Shown here in pieces: positions 51,104 to 64,000 of a stretch of 64,000 nucleotides of DNA. The DNA comes from Octopus vulgaris (lineage: Eukaryota). The position numbers and the translations under genes are program-made. The stretch is from positions 88,288,001 through 88,352,000 of the forward strand of contig OX597814.1 in assembly GCA_951406725.2 (NCBI GenBank), in the 5' to 3' direction. How positions within the stretch are numbered: the first letter of the stretch is position 1; each line of letters begins with the position of its first letter. The notes beneath the pieces were generated by a model, which was not told where the DNA came from, ran no database searches, and worked only from the letters and a program-made list of their open reading frames with translations.

Positions 51104-53794
51104 TTTCAGTATATAGACACCTTATGTTACCGTGTCGGCGAAGTGATAATTTAATTTTAGCGGATAACGCATCTATTCACAGTGATAGGTGAAAGCATTG
51201 ATAAATTTCTTGCCTAAAAACTTTGCATTTAAATACATCACACTTTGATCTTAGCCAAAAAGCCGAGATCAATCATTTGTAACAGTACAAGTTAACCATC
51301 GGAAAGGGGCACAGTGATATATATAAAAACATATATATATATAAGTTTAAGGCCTGTCAAAAAATGTTCAGTTAGCTCAACTGGTGAATACGGGTTCCTA
51401 TAGATTTAGTGTCATTAGCCTGAACTACAAATGGATAAAAAAGACAATCTGGTTGCTCAGGCTGATGAGAGGATTTCCATGTTTTCCTTTTCCGTTGATC
51501 ATTCTTATGTTCCATTTCAATACTAGATTCATGGTGCACACAGCATCCTAACCGTAGCATCTGTATAAAAGCGATGAATATCTTTGTGCTTAATAGCAAC
51601 ATTAGTAATGTACGACATTTTCTTCAAAGCAGGTTAGTTCACGTGGTTTGAATTGCTTGTGGTGCATTTACTTTTTTGACCCTTGTTTCTGAATAGTACC
51701 CAACTTCATGACCTTTCCTTTGTATTGTCTTGGACATGACATTAAACTGCAACTGGTGGTAAGGTTCCAGTTCAGGAGAGCATGAAATCACCCTTTAATT
51801 ACCATTAATCCTAGGTCTGTTCTGACCAGGAACAGTAGTATCTGTCAGAGTCCCACCTAATACATAGATTTTTGTAAGGGTAAATTGAGGCTCTTTCGGT
51901 GCGGTGAAAGCAATCAATCTAGGAGAAGGAAAACTCCAAAATTAGCACCTTTTCCAACATACCCTAAGCCAGCACAGAAAAGTATAGCCGATAAAGCTAA
52001 CGAGGCATTTCACATTGGTGCACATCTACCGCAGGCAAAGTTAACAGGGAATGATGATTATATTATTGAAAAAAATTTAATCTTAACATTCAACAATGCA
52101 AGTATTTAAAGAACAGAAGTATGTGATAATGTGGCTCTCAATTGTCTTCGATATCCTTCCATAGATAAAGTTGGTGGTGGGAAATAAATAGGATCTGGTA
52201 GCACTAAGCTGTTTAACATTAATCACAGAAATTTAATTACAAATGATACTATATTTACAAAAATATTACAATTGTAGAACGATTAAAATGTTTTAATTAT
52301 TTTATCACAAAATTTACAGTAAAACAGAGTTTTCATTCAGTTTCCCAGTCAGTGAGATAAACACCTTATTTCCCTAAATATGTTCACTGTCATTCTCTAT
52401 TAATCGTTTGACAGCCTTCTATTTGCTTCTCCTTTGTGGGACAGTAAACAAAAGCAATAAGTTCATTATTCGTGCTTGCACGTCAGTATATTTTACACAC
52501 ACACACACACACTCATTGTCAGTGGTTAGCAATCTTAAAATTACAATAAATGATTCATTTCAAACCAAGGCAAATTTCTTTGAACATTCGAAATATATAC
52601 ATATATATGTACCTGTTGTTCGTTGCAAAGGCACGAATATATTTTAGCTATTCAACTAGAGCTGCCAAATTTCACTTAATAAATACGTCAGCGGAAGTAA
52701 GAATAGTACTTTCACTAGCGCATCTGTACATTGAATCGAATCCAGTTATTCAACGTTTTAAAGACATTCCACACAACCATCTAGAAACACAAACGCTCAT
52801 TTTCAGCATAGCAGCTTATGTTAAGTGCCTTGCTTTTATAAATATCAGACAAATAACTATGTGTTTAGTGTTTTATTTTATAGTGCTGTGTCCATAATCA
52901 AAACACTCAAATCTCAAATGGCTTAATCTAGCCATAAATAGGTTCCATATGATAGGAACATGCTACTGTAAGCAGTAATAGCATTGCTAAATTTAACTCC
53001 TTAGGGCCTGAGGAAATCTAGTTCTTCACAGAAGACCAGAGTTTCTCAGGCTTCTTGCAGAATCTCACTGGATTCTAGTTCTAATTCCATACTTTATGTG
53101 ATGGCTGGTGTGCAATAAACCCTTTAGTATTAAATTTAAATGCAACCATCATCATTGGATATCTACATGAAAGAAGAAATCTTTCAAAGTAGTAATGTCA
53201 AAGTATACAGAAAATATACTGCTCTATAAATATTTAACAAACCCTATAATAAGATTAATTATAGGAGAATTGTTCTTTTTTCAGTCATCATGCTGTATCA
53301 TGATCAAGATGCTTAATTCACAACAGCTGTATTCACATTAACATGAAAACATGCATAGTTCTGACTAAATCCAAAATACTTGAGATTAAACAAACTGAAA
53401 CTGTGATCCACTATTTACTTCTAATTCCAGACAAAGGCAAAATAGTGTTATATACATACTTATCTTCATATAGGAGAAAAAAAAAATTAATGCTATTCTT
53501 TAAGTTTCATGTTGCTAAATTGTTTTCTCTGGTGGATTTTTATCAAACAATTTTAAGTAGTGGTTACTGAATTGTGTGATAGCAATGGTAAAATATTGTG
53601 AGCACCTGATTTTACATATACATGATGAAATATAGGAAATTCATATGCACACATAAAATATATAAAGAAAAGCAAGTAAGGGTTAGCGACAGGAAGAATA
53701 AGCTGTAGAATCCTACTGCTTCACAAAAGTCCCCATCCAACCCAGGCTTGCATGGAAAAATAGACATTAAATGAACAAATATACATGTAACTTT

Positions 53795-54603
<809 letters not shown>

Positions 54604-55681
54604 TATATATGCATGTATATGTGTGTGTGTAAAAACAAGGCACCTGAAATAGTACACAAATTAAACTGTTTTGATACTGTATGAGACTTCATTACTATTA
54701 AAAGAAGTCTGGACGGTAAAATAACAATTGTCATAACCAGAGAAATAACATGAGAAAAAAAAGAAAAATAAAGAAGTCTTTGGTGATGTCAGTATAGAAA
54801 ACAGAAATATCTAAGACAAAATTAATAAAAAATAAACTATCCCGATATGTAGATGGTTTATAGTCATTTTACGAAAATCAAATTAGGTTGTTTCTTTTGC
54901 TTTTTAAATTGCTTTTTAACACGATTAAATTAATTATTGAAGCAATTCGTTTTTATAAGCAGATCCCTCTTATCACCACAAAAAAAAAAAAAAAAGTAAT
55001 AATGGTTTCAAATTTTGCCACAAAGGCAGCCATTTTGGGGAAGGGATGAGTCGATTACATTGACCCTAGTGTTTCACTGGTACTTAATTTACTGACCCCG
55101 AAAGGATGGAAGGCAAAGTCGACCTAGGCAGAATTTGAACTCAGAATGTAGCGGCAGATGAAATATTGTTAAGCATTTCACCCATGTGCTAATGATTCTG
55201 CCAGTTCACCACCTTAATAATAATAATAATCATCAACCAAAGAATGGATGACACCAATATTCAGTGAGGTTGGCATTAGGAAAGGTATCCAGCTGTAGAA
55301 ACTTTGCCAGATCAGATTGAGACTGGTGCAGCCTTCTGGCTCACCAGTCCTCAGTCAAACTGTCCAACCCATCCCAGCATGGAAAGCGGACGTTAAATGA
55401 CAATGATGATGATGACTCCCAAGTGAAATGCGAGTGGAAACTTAATCAGTCAAAATTATACGCCTTAACGATCACAGTAATGACTAGTCAAAAGTTGAAT
55501 GCTTTCACTTGAAAGCCACTGTAATATTCCGTAAATTTACAATAAAAACATTTAGGAACCCTAACTGTAAAATATTTACTGTCATTCAGAGACTGATAAA
55601 GAGAAGGCGAGGGTCCAAATAGAGTAAGAAATAGAACAGAGGTCAGGATAAAATAAAAACACAGCAAGATTAGTATAGAAT

Positions 55682-55687
55682 TTTATT
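55682..55687 (-). terminator. Polyadenylation signal AATAAA immediately after the stop codon
   Basis: The minus strand reads ...GTC TAA C AATAAA. Confidence 0.55.
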
Positions 55688-55688
55688 G

Positions 55689-56653
55689 TTAGACAATAGT
55701 CTCCTCCAAACACTCATCTTCCAAGTCAGCATCGTAAGTTTCATCCAAGTCATCGTCATGAAGTAAAAAAAATGGTTCAGCATCAGGCTCCAAATAATCG
55801 AGATCAACCGGGTTGTAGCCAGGTTCTACATTGTCCAACCAGTTCTGCACGCGTTGCAAGCAATCTTCTTCATACACTTGCTCTTCTGTGAGTGATGTGG
55901 AATGTCTACGGTCACGCAGATTGGGGTGTAACATTTGCCAGTGGGTCGAGAAATTGGGAGCAGAAGCTGGAGATCGTAGCGCTGCACGATCAACAGCAGC
56001 AGCAGACTCCAAATCTGAGATGCTTTCATTTGTATTTCCAGGAGTTAGGGGTATGATGATGTGATGAGTGGGCGGTTGCAGGCGATGCATTGATTCTGTA
56101 CTGCACACTTTGTCACCAATATTGGTGTTGGTAGCATGTGGAGAAGTGAGTGGTTCACACTCAGTACCATTATGGCTTTCCCAAGGAGGAGGTAAAGAAA
56201 CCTGCTGTGATTCTTGTTCAGCAGCAGCAGAATGAGCTGGCAAGAAAGAAGGACTTTTAGCTGCTTCTTCTTCATGACTCTGTTTGTTTGGGAAAACTGA
56301 AAAGATAGAAGGTCTAGCTAGATTGTTTTGACCCATAGTCAGAGTATCCTCAGGTGATAGGTATGGTGAACCAGTCTCTTTAAGGCGATGATATAGGAAG
56401 TTGTTCACCCAAGATGGAAACTCAGCAGCCTGAGGTTCATCTTCACCAACGTTCATAACCAACCTACCCGCCAGAGGCTCTTGGACTGACTGTCGTTTCC
56501 ATGGTAAACTAGTTTCAGCCAAAGTTTGAAGTGTTTCTTCCTCACCCTGTTCAGGGTTTACCTCTGTAACTTTTTCAGAACACCTCCATGGTAAAGTTTT
56601 CTCAGCAATAGTTTCTCCAGCCACAACAGGAGATGGTGAAAAACACCTCTCTT
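55689..56653 (-). CDS. Last coding exon of an uncharacterised acidic, probably disordered protein
   Basis: 965-bp open frame in AT-rich DNA. The acceptor TTCTATTGCAG is in phase 1 and in frame with ORF 55689..56624. The exon ends in TAA followed by AATAAA. Confidence 0.75.
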
Positions 56654-56766
56654 CTGCAATAGAATAATTAATAATATTATTACTACTAGTTTTATTAGAG
56701 TTTTAAAATTAATAAATTAAATACAGGCAATAAAATAGCAACCAAAATAAATAGTAACATATTTAC

Positions 56767-56853
56767 CAGGAAGGGGAGGCTTGTAGCGAAAACCTAAAGA
56801 ATCTTTGGTATATTCCATGTCATTTTCAGCATTTTCACAGGATTTTGTTGAAA
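56767..56853 (-). CDS. Internal coding exon (87 bp, phase 1-1) of the same gene
   Basis: Acceptor TTTTTTTTATAG and donor CTG|GTAAAT. It encodes ISTKSCENAENDMEYTKDSLGFRYKPPLP, in phase with both neighbours. Confidence 0.7.
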
Positions 56854-57957
56854 CTATAAAAAAAAAACAACCCAACTTACTAATAAATCATGTAAGTTTA
56901 AAATGAAGCACACAAGAGTTAAGATAAAAAGCATGGGTATTTCATGTGGGTTTGGGGGCTTTAAGAATAATACATGAACCAAGTTGATAAAAGAGAGGTT
57001 TAAGAATGACTGTTCATGGAAATGTTGATGAAATGTTCATATAACAATCTGTAGAAGATTGAGAAGAAATATCTCACCAATTGTACTCTTGTCAAATCTC
57101 CATATATTATGCTCTTCATTAACGTCTCTTCCCAATTTACTATGAGCAGTTTTCCTGTTAAGGCATGGTATTTGATTTGATCTGTTCCTATTCAAATTCT
57201 CCACAGTCACATTTTTATTTCATTACCTCTCTTCCATTTCACTAACACTACTTCTTGTCCACCTCATGCTATCACTACCCTTTTTTAATAATTACTCCAT
57301 CCCAGTAAACCCTTCATTGACATCTGCCACTTTCACTTAATACTGCCCATCTCTATAGCTATCCCTCACTCACTCACTCTTACCATCACCCAACCTTATG
57401 GCCATCCTATCAGCTCATATTTTCTATTCAATTTCCTTATCACCAATCAATACATAGCTAATACTGTTTCTCTCTCACTCCCATTACATTCACACTTGCA
57501 ACTCTCACCTCCTCCTCAATCATCGGTTGTTCAGTTACATTTAAAAGAACAGAGATAATGCAGAGCAAAGGGAACAAGAACTCTAGTTTTGCAGGGGCCA
57601 AGACAATCTTTAATGCATCCAAGGCACTCTGTAAAGAGATTGGTGTTAAGAGGAGTAACAAGATTTTGAAACTGTGCCAAAATAGAACACAGAACAGGGT
57701 TGGTGATAAGGAGGGCATCTGATCATAGAAAATCTGCCTCGATAAACTCCATCCAACCCATGCAAGCATGGAAAAGCAGACATGAAAACAATAAGGTTTT
57801 AATCACATGAGCAAAAGCAAAGAAACCAATGATATGATTTTAAGAATAAAGATATTCTAGTGTTATCATTTAAACTAAATATGGAACTAGACCATCATAG
57901 CCCTAATAAACAGCAAAGTGACTATAGATTTCACACAACTCATGCAACAATACTTAC

Positions 57958-58294
57958 TGTTCAGCTGTTCCCATTTTTCTCCCTCCTCACCAGAAACTTC
58001 AGCAGAGCAGTTCTGAAGCTGTTTGGGAGTTGCGAGGAGGTAGTTCCTGGGAGCATCATCTGTTTCATCGTTCAGGTTCTTCAAAAATTTCTCAGTTTGG
58101 CCAGCTTCGGAGGATTCTACAACTGCCTGCTGATTGATAATTCTGTCTTCTTCAATTTCAACTTCCTCTCTGCCATCATCTTTACAAGGGGAATGATTAG
58201 AACACAGCTTCTCTAGTTGTGTACAAAGTTCCTGGTGAAAAATTGCATAATTTGACTGCCTTGAAGCAGCAGAGTTCTTTTGAAGCTTGGACCA
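57958..58294 (-). CDS. Internal coding exon (337 bp, phase 0-1) of the same gene
   Basis: Long polypyrimidine acceptor ...GTGCTTTCAG and donor ACA|GTAAGT. It encodes WSKLQKNSAASRQSNY...EKWEQLN. Confidence 0.72.
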
Positions 58295-58933
58295 CTGAAA
58301 GCACAAATGAAAAGAAAAAAAAAATGAAACAATATCATTACTAAAATTATTAGTCAGAGGAACATTAAAATATATCAATAAAGTATGATACATACATTTT
58401 GAAAAACTAATTAATAAAGAGAAATAAAACAGTGTATGCATACATACACTCATCTTGAGGCTGTGTGAATCAATGCATATAGCATGAAACTAAATAGCAA
58501 AGAGCTGAATCATCAACTGATTCAAAATAAATATAAACCCTACATCATATAGACTACTCATTCCTTTGTTTCTACATAAAAAAAAAACCCCACTATATTT
58601 CAAAATGTGAAAGAACTTTGAATTACTCAGTATTAACAATTAATTATTAACAAGTAGATATAATAAACATCTACCAATAGATGTAAAACAGCATAAATCT
58701 ATAATAATAGACTAAACAAAGCAATTAGTCAGATAAGAAAATTACTGTAATTCACTGATAAATGTCAGAAATAAAGACAATGAATATTGCTGCAGTTACT
58801 GATCTAATGTTGTTACTTCTTAGATAATCTATTATAGATACCAACTTTAATTATAATACTGAATGGTACTTTTTGAAACAAAAAGTCAACTGAAAAGCAC
58901 ATCAGTTGCGCATAAAGATTAAATCAGATAAAC

Positions 58934-58975
58934 CTGCTCTATAACAGAGTATTGCTTTCCTTTAGATTGTAACAT
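58934..58975 (-). CDS. Possible first coding segment (MLQSKGKQYSVIEQ)
   Basis: ATG with an upstream in-frame stop, and a phase-0 donor CAG|GTTTAT (weak) compatible with the next exon. Confidence 0.3.
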
Positions 58976-60504
58976 TCCATTTAGGATTATCCAAAGAATC
59001 CACTGTGAAGCTTCTGCATGTTTTGATTTATATAGACATGTACACGTTAGTTACACAGTGAAATATTTGTATGATAACCTCCATGTTTTATAGCAAAGAA
59101 CTTTTCCCTTGATCTGTGACTTAATTGTGGAAGGATTATATTTTAATGTTACTATAATAATGCAAAAGTTTCAAAGTAACTACTGATAATATACACAATA
59201 TATTTATGTAAATATATTTTGAAAGATAATAAGCATAATTACATGTACACTTTCAAAATCACAAATGCAATTTTATGAAAAAGTGTTTAAAATCTAAATA
59301 TTATGAAAATAATTATTGCTGAAGAAAAACAATAAAACTATATTTCGGTTAGAAAGCTCATTAAAAATGTATAACACTTGTAACATTAATAGACTGGGAT
59401 AAAGCATTCACTGAGAAAACTGCTTCTTTGAGATATTTGAATACAATTAATGATAATCAGAAGGTGCACAAGTTATGCATTATTAGGGAATCATTCTTAA
59501 GGTCAAGAAAATTATTTTAATTTTAAGTAAACTTTAGTTTGTACAACACAGACATATTAATACAAAACAGAATGTAAATTAGCTGAAAATACATATTATA
59601 CAATCACCACTTTACAGAACTATTTGTATATTAATGTAGGTATTTTATATTATTGAAAACAAAATTATATATTATGGTAGATGAAATAGTTTTAATGTAT
59701 GTGATTTAATTTCAAAGAAATTTATTTACCTATCTTATATCAAAATATATCCAAATGTCTTTACTATTACTTGATAATAATACAAAGAATATATCAGAAA
59801 AACTATCTGCATAGATAATAGACAAAACTTTATATAAAGAGGGAAAGTTCTATGATGAACATTGGCTGAACATATAGTGGTAGTGATAAGTGTAATAAAA
59901 CTTTATGGACTCAACTGAAAATGATAAAGCAAAAATTATACAACTCTGGATTTTATCTATAAAATAACAGTTTTATAGCATTTTATTGTTGTGCCTGAGT
60001 ACAGCCAAATGGAACAAAACCATGCACCTTAGGCTGAAAAAGGTTAACAGGGATATGGCACATATGAAATGTTAACTGTTAGAGGATTGTGAAACATTGC
60101 ATGGCTTTCATTGGTGTTGAAGTTGACAATTTATACAAAATAGAAAGTTATATTTGCAGTACTAGAGGGGAAGAAATTACAAAACTGAGCCTGCAATGGC
60201 AGATTATAACCCAAGGAAGATATCTTCTGATGCCATTAATTGACCCGTGCATCACTCCAAATAGTGCTATAGCCCAGTGGAGAAAATTGGTATGTAGTAG
60301 TCAAAAGTTGGTCAGAATCCCAAATACAAAAGTAAATCCCCAATGGATTGGTGCAGAGTCAGAAAGGATAAAGATGAAATGGTTAAAAGAGCTAATTTTA
60401 TCAAGTACTGCCTGATAGTAGTAAAAAAAATTGGAACTTATAGGGATTTAGCAATACTTAAGTTATGAACAGAAGCAGAAATACACTAATTACTCGCCAT
60501 ATCA

Positions 60505-60931
60505 TGGTTCACCTATCGTGTTCTCAGTACATCACATATTTTTCTGGCTAATATATGTAAATTTATATCGCAGACTCCTAAGTATATTGTAGGTTTCTGC
60601 AGCTGATAGGCATTTATATATTTTTAGATGTTAATTATTTCTGTGGCAAAATAAGCATTTTCACACCTAAAAATTAATAAATAAAAATACAGTACAGTAC
60701 TGCACTTAAATACATTAAAACAAAATATGTAGTGTACCGTAAACAAAAAATTGCACATACTGTATGGAAAACGAAACTTGGGAGGCAAATATGTTTTGCA
60801 TTTATAATAAAATAAATATATACAAGTTATAAAAATAATAAAAAATATAGAGTACTCTTTCTACTTAGTAGATTTTCACCTATCGCGGTGGGGTTTGGGA
60901 CATAACAACCGCGATAGTCGCGGGACTACTG
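60505..60931. mobile_element. Tigger/pogo-like non-autonomous fragment
   Basis: Right end ...ACCGCGATAGTCGCGGGACTACTG-TA (CAGTAGTCCC-type TIR), with a repeated TTCACCTATCG motif. Confidence 0.5.
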
Positions 60932-63900
60932 TATAACAGAAATTATGTTGATTTCTCTATGTTGATATTGAAACTGAAGGACAACTAAGTAGGGAAAATA
61001 TTGTTTTGGTAGCAGAACAATGACTATTTGTTGAAGAAAGAATGAATGATGGAGCTGAAGATGTGTTTGGTAGTGCATTGTTTACTTTCTTATCTATCTT
61101 GTGACAATTTCAGAGAGTGATTAAAGACTGTTAGCTTACCTAAGTATCCTCCCATCTTTTGAAGCCAATTTTTAAAATTATTTTTATCATTTGTACAGGG
61201 ATGTTGTATTTATTGGGAAAGTATTTAAGATACTTGAAAGATTGAGGGATTTAATTGAACAGATGGAGAATTATATTTGTTGTATATTGGGAGATTTAAT
61301 GATGTTAGACTTAAAACTTGTTAAAGAGTTAATCTGCATTAAAGTGCTAATTAACTGACATATTGAACAGGAAAGCTTGAGAGTGATGATGATGATGTTA
61401 AGTCCAGAGAGATGGATAAAGCATGTTACAATAAGTAAAAAGTTAAATTTAAGTGTTTGAGAATTGATTAAGCTTATTAGGAAGTTTGGTATGAGCAGGT
61501 ATATTCTTTTAGAGTAGGAAAAGTTTCATTTGGCTTGTGAGTAGAATGAGATAACCCAAGAAAGAATAATGGGCTTTAAAGTCTCAGAACAGAATTAACA
61601 TGGCATGGCTATAAGCATTGATGAGGCTGTATGGTTTCTCTCCCAATCACATGGTTCCGAGTTCAGTCCCACTGTGTTATAACTTGGGCAAGTGTCTTTT
61701 ACTACAACCCTGGACCAACCAAAGCCTTGAGTGGATTTGGAAGATGAAAACTTAAAGAAGCTCATCATATCTCCCTTTATACATATATACATACATACAT
61801 TTATAGTGTATGTACTAATGCATATAGTGTGTGTGTGTGTGTGTATATGTGTTTGAGAGAGAGAAAGTGCATGTATGTTTGTGTCTCCTTGTGTTGATAT
61901 TGTGCGATAGTTATAAAATGAATGTCACAGTTATAGAAGCAGTGTCATTCATTCCCAATATTCTATGGGAACATGTCTTGGAAATAGGTGAGGTTAGGCA
62001 ACGGAAAGGGTACCCAACTGTAGAAAATCTGCCTCAATACACTATCTAATCCATGCAAGCATGGGATAATAGGACATTAAAAAGAAGATGATGAAAGAAA
62101 ATCACTGGTTAATGTCCATAATGTAGATGCAATTTGGAAAGTTCAGTGATAAAGCAATACAAGTAGATGGAAAAATAATCTTCCAGCAACAGTAACTGGG
62201 AATATTATTTTCTACATCTAGTTATGCTATCTATGAGGAACAAGAGGCATACATAACATCAGACTCCAAATTTGGGTTGTATGTCATGCAGAGAGTGTCA
62301 TTTAGCTCCAAGTCACTGCTGATCCTTCTGTGACCATCTCACCTTTTAGTATATCTAAGATCACACTGTACAATGTTGTCTTCCTTTTTTAAACTAGTAT
62401 GGGATTTGAGGAAAATTTAGCTGCTATTACTAACAGGACAAACAACCACAAAGAGGCTCCTTAGCTTGTGTGGAGAATCTAGATGGGATAAGTGAGGTAT
62501 ATGGTGAAGAAAGTGTGAAAGATTTTCTTTTCATTCTGCCTTCATCATACACATCTTTCAGCAAAAGAAATTACGAGAAGTAGAAATGAGGTTGGGGAAA
62601 ATTATCCAATGTTCATTGCAAGGAAACCATATTTTCTTATAGTTTCTTCATGAAAAATTTAAAATATTAGAACTCATATCCAACATATCAAATCTTTCAA
62701 AAAGTATTTTCTTTTTCTTCCTCAAATACACTTAAACATTTATCCTAAGTCTTCCAACTGAAGATGTAATATATAAAGTCAATAGCAGAACAATGGTAAA
62801 ATGGATCCTGCCAATTTGTTGTAAATAGCATTCATTGGAAAATTAAATAAATTCCTAACTCATTAAATTAACATGTAAATGGCTTAGTTACATGTATACC
62901 CTAATTCTCCAAATGAAACAGTGTGAATGTGTGAGACAAGGCTGGACTTTTGATTTACAGTACAGTCCATCCAATGGGCTTTGATACAGTTTCCATCTAC
63001 CCAATTTCACTCACAGGGCTTGGAGTAATCCAAGGTTATGGTAATAGACACTTGCTAAAGATACCATGCTGTAGGATTGAACCAAGAACTTAATTGTAAA
63101 ACAAACTTCTCAACCATTAACCATAACTACATCCACAATAGTCCTGTATACTAAATGAGAAGCTGTGTTGTTGTTGTTGTCATCCTTGCCCACTACACTA
63201 ACTTGGATTTTGGTGTACTCCAGTTGGTGAACCCTTGGCTTTGTATAAATTTCTATTGCATAATAAAATTTGTACCTACAGACAGAGACATAAACAGAGG
63301 ATGTGTTGGAGCAGCTGCAGTATATTTGCTGTATACAGAAATGTATACAGCAAATATTTCCTGTAGACTAATGGTGGGATGCAATGTAATGTTGATGCTG
63401 ACAGACAGGAATTGAACTTGGTCATTAATCAATGAAATTAATTACTGCTCAGTGTGTTACTATCAGTGCCACCCTTACAGACTGGTTAATAATATCACAG
63501 TAAATTGTATTAAAATAATAGTAATAATAATGATTTCAAATTTTGGCACAAGGCCCGTAATTTCAGAGAGTGAGGTTTAGTTGCGTGATTATATGGTTTA
63601 TGATTTAAGTTTGCATGCTTTTGAAATAACAAAGGATTGAAGTTAAACATAGTTTCATATTATATATTTGAGAGGATTAATAAAGTTGGTTGATTAGTTA
63701 TCATTAGTCATGTTCATACATCTTGCAAGAAGCAAATCAATTCTATAAATGTTTCCCCAGCACAGTACAGCAAGTGAGCTTGCAAGTTAATAATCTAATG
63801 GATCAATGATTATCATATCAATTTTAAAAAAAAACAATAACATGATAAACAGTTTTGCAACAGAATTGTATCAGTTAAATTAAACCTAGAGATTTTACTT

Positions 63901-64000
63901 CAACATGAACATGTAATAAGGTGGCATGTAGTTATTTCCATGCATGTTTATGAATCTTCAGCTGACCTTTATTTACATCTGTAAACAGATTTAGGTATTT

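Noticed and set aside
57078-57190. Extra minus-strand exon ending at the strong donor TTG|GTGAGA
   Set aside because: I found no acceptor with a polypyrimidine tract in a phase compatible with the flanking phase-1 junctions.

Overview
Repeat-dense, AT-rich eukaryotic DNA. The SINE families and the density of (TA)n/(TATC)n/(ATGT)n/(CA)n tracts suggest an octopus or other coleoid cephalopod; this is inferred from memory, not from a search. Most of the window is transposable-element debris: Tx1/L1-like, RTE, R4/Dong-like, HERO and CR1 LINE fragments, Penelope-type repeats with hammerhead-like cores, at least three tRNA-derived SINE families, mariner copies (one full length), hAT and GGATC-terminated foldback MITEs, and Academ-like and Helitron-like remnants. 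Host candidates are a spliced minus-strand gene at about 55.7-59.0 kb encoding an acidic, probably disordered protein I do not recognise, and a TATA/CCAAT/E-box promoter at about 38 kb pointing into a 57-codon ORF whose coding-like frame continues past a TGA. Most long ORFs in the track are microsatellite artefacts. I found no CRISPR array, rRNA or intact tRNA gene, and no clearly new multi-gene system. The best leads are an apparent Tx1-LINE/SINE partnership, variant hammerheads, a MITE family with 8- versus 23-bp flanking duplications, and the 38-kb sORF.
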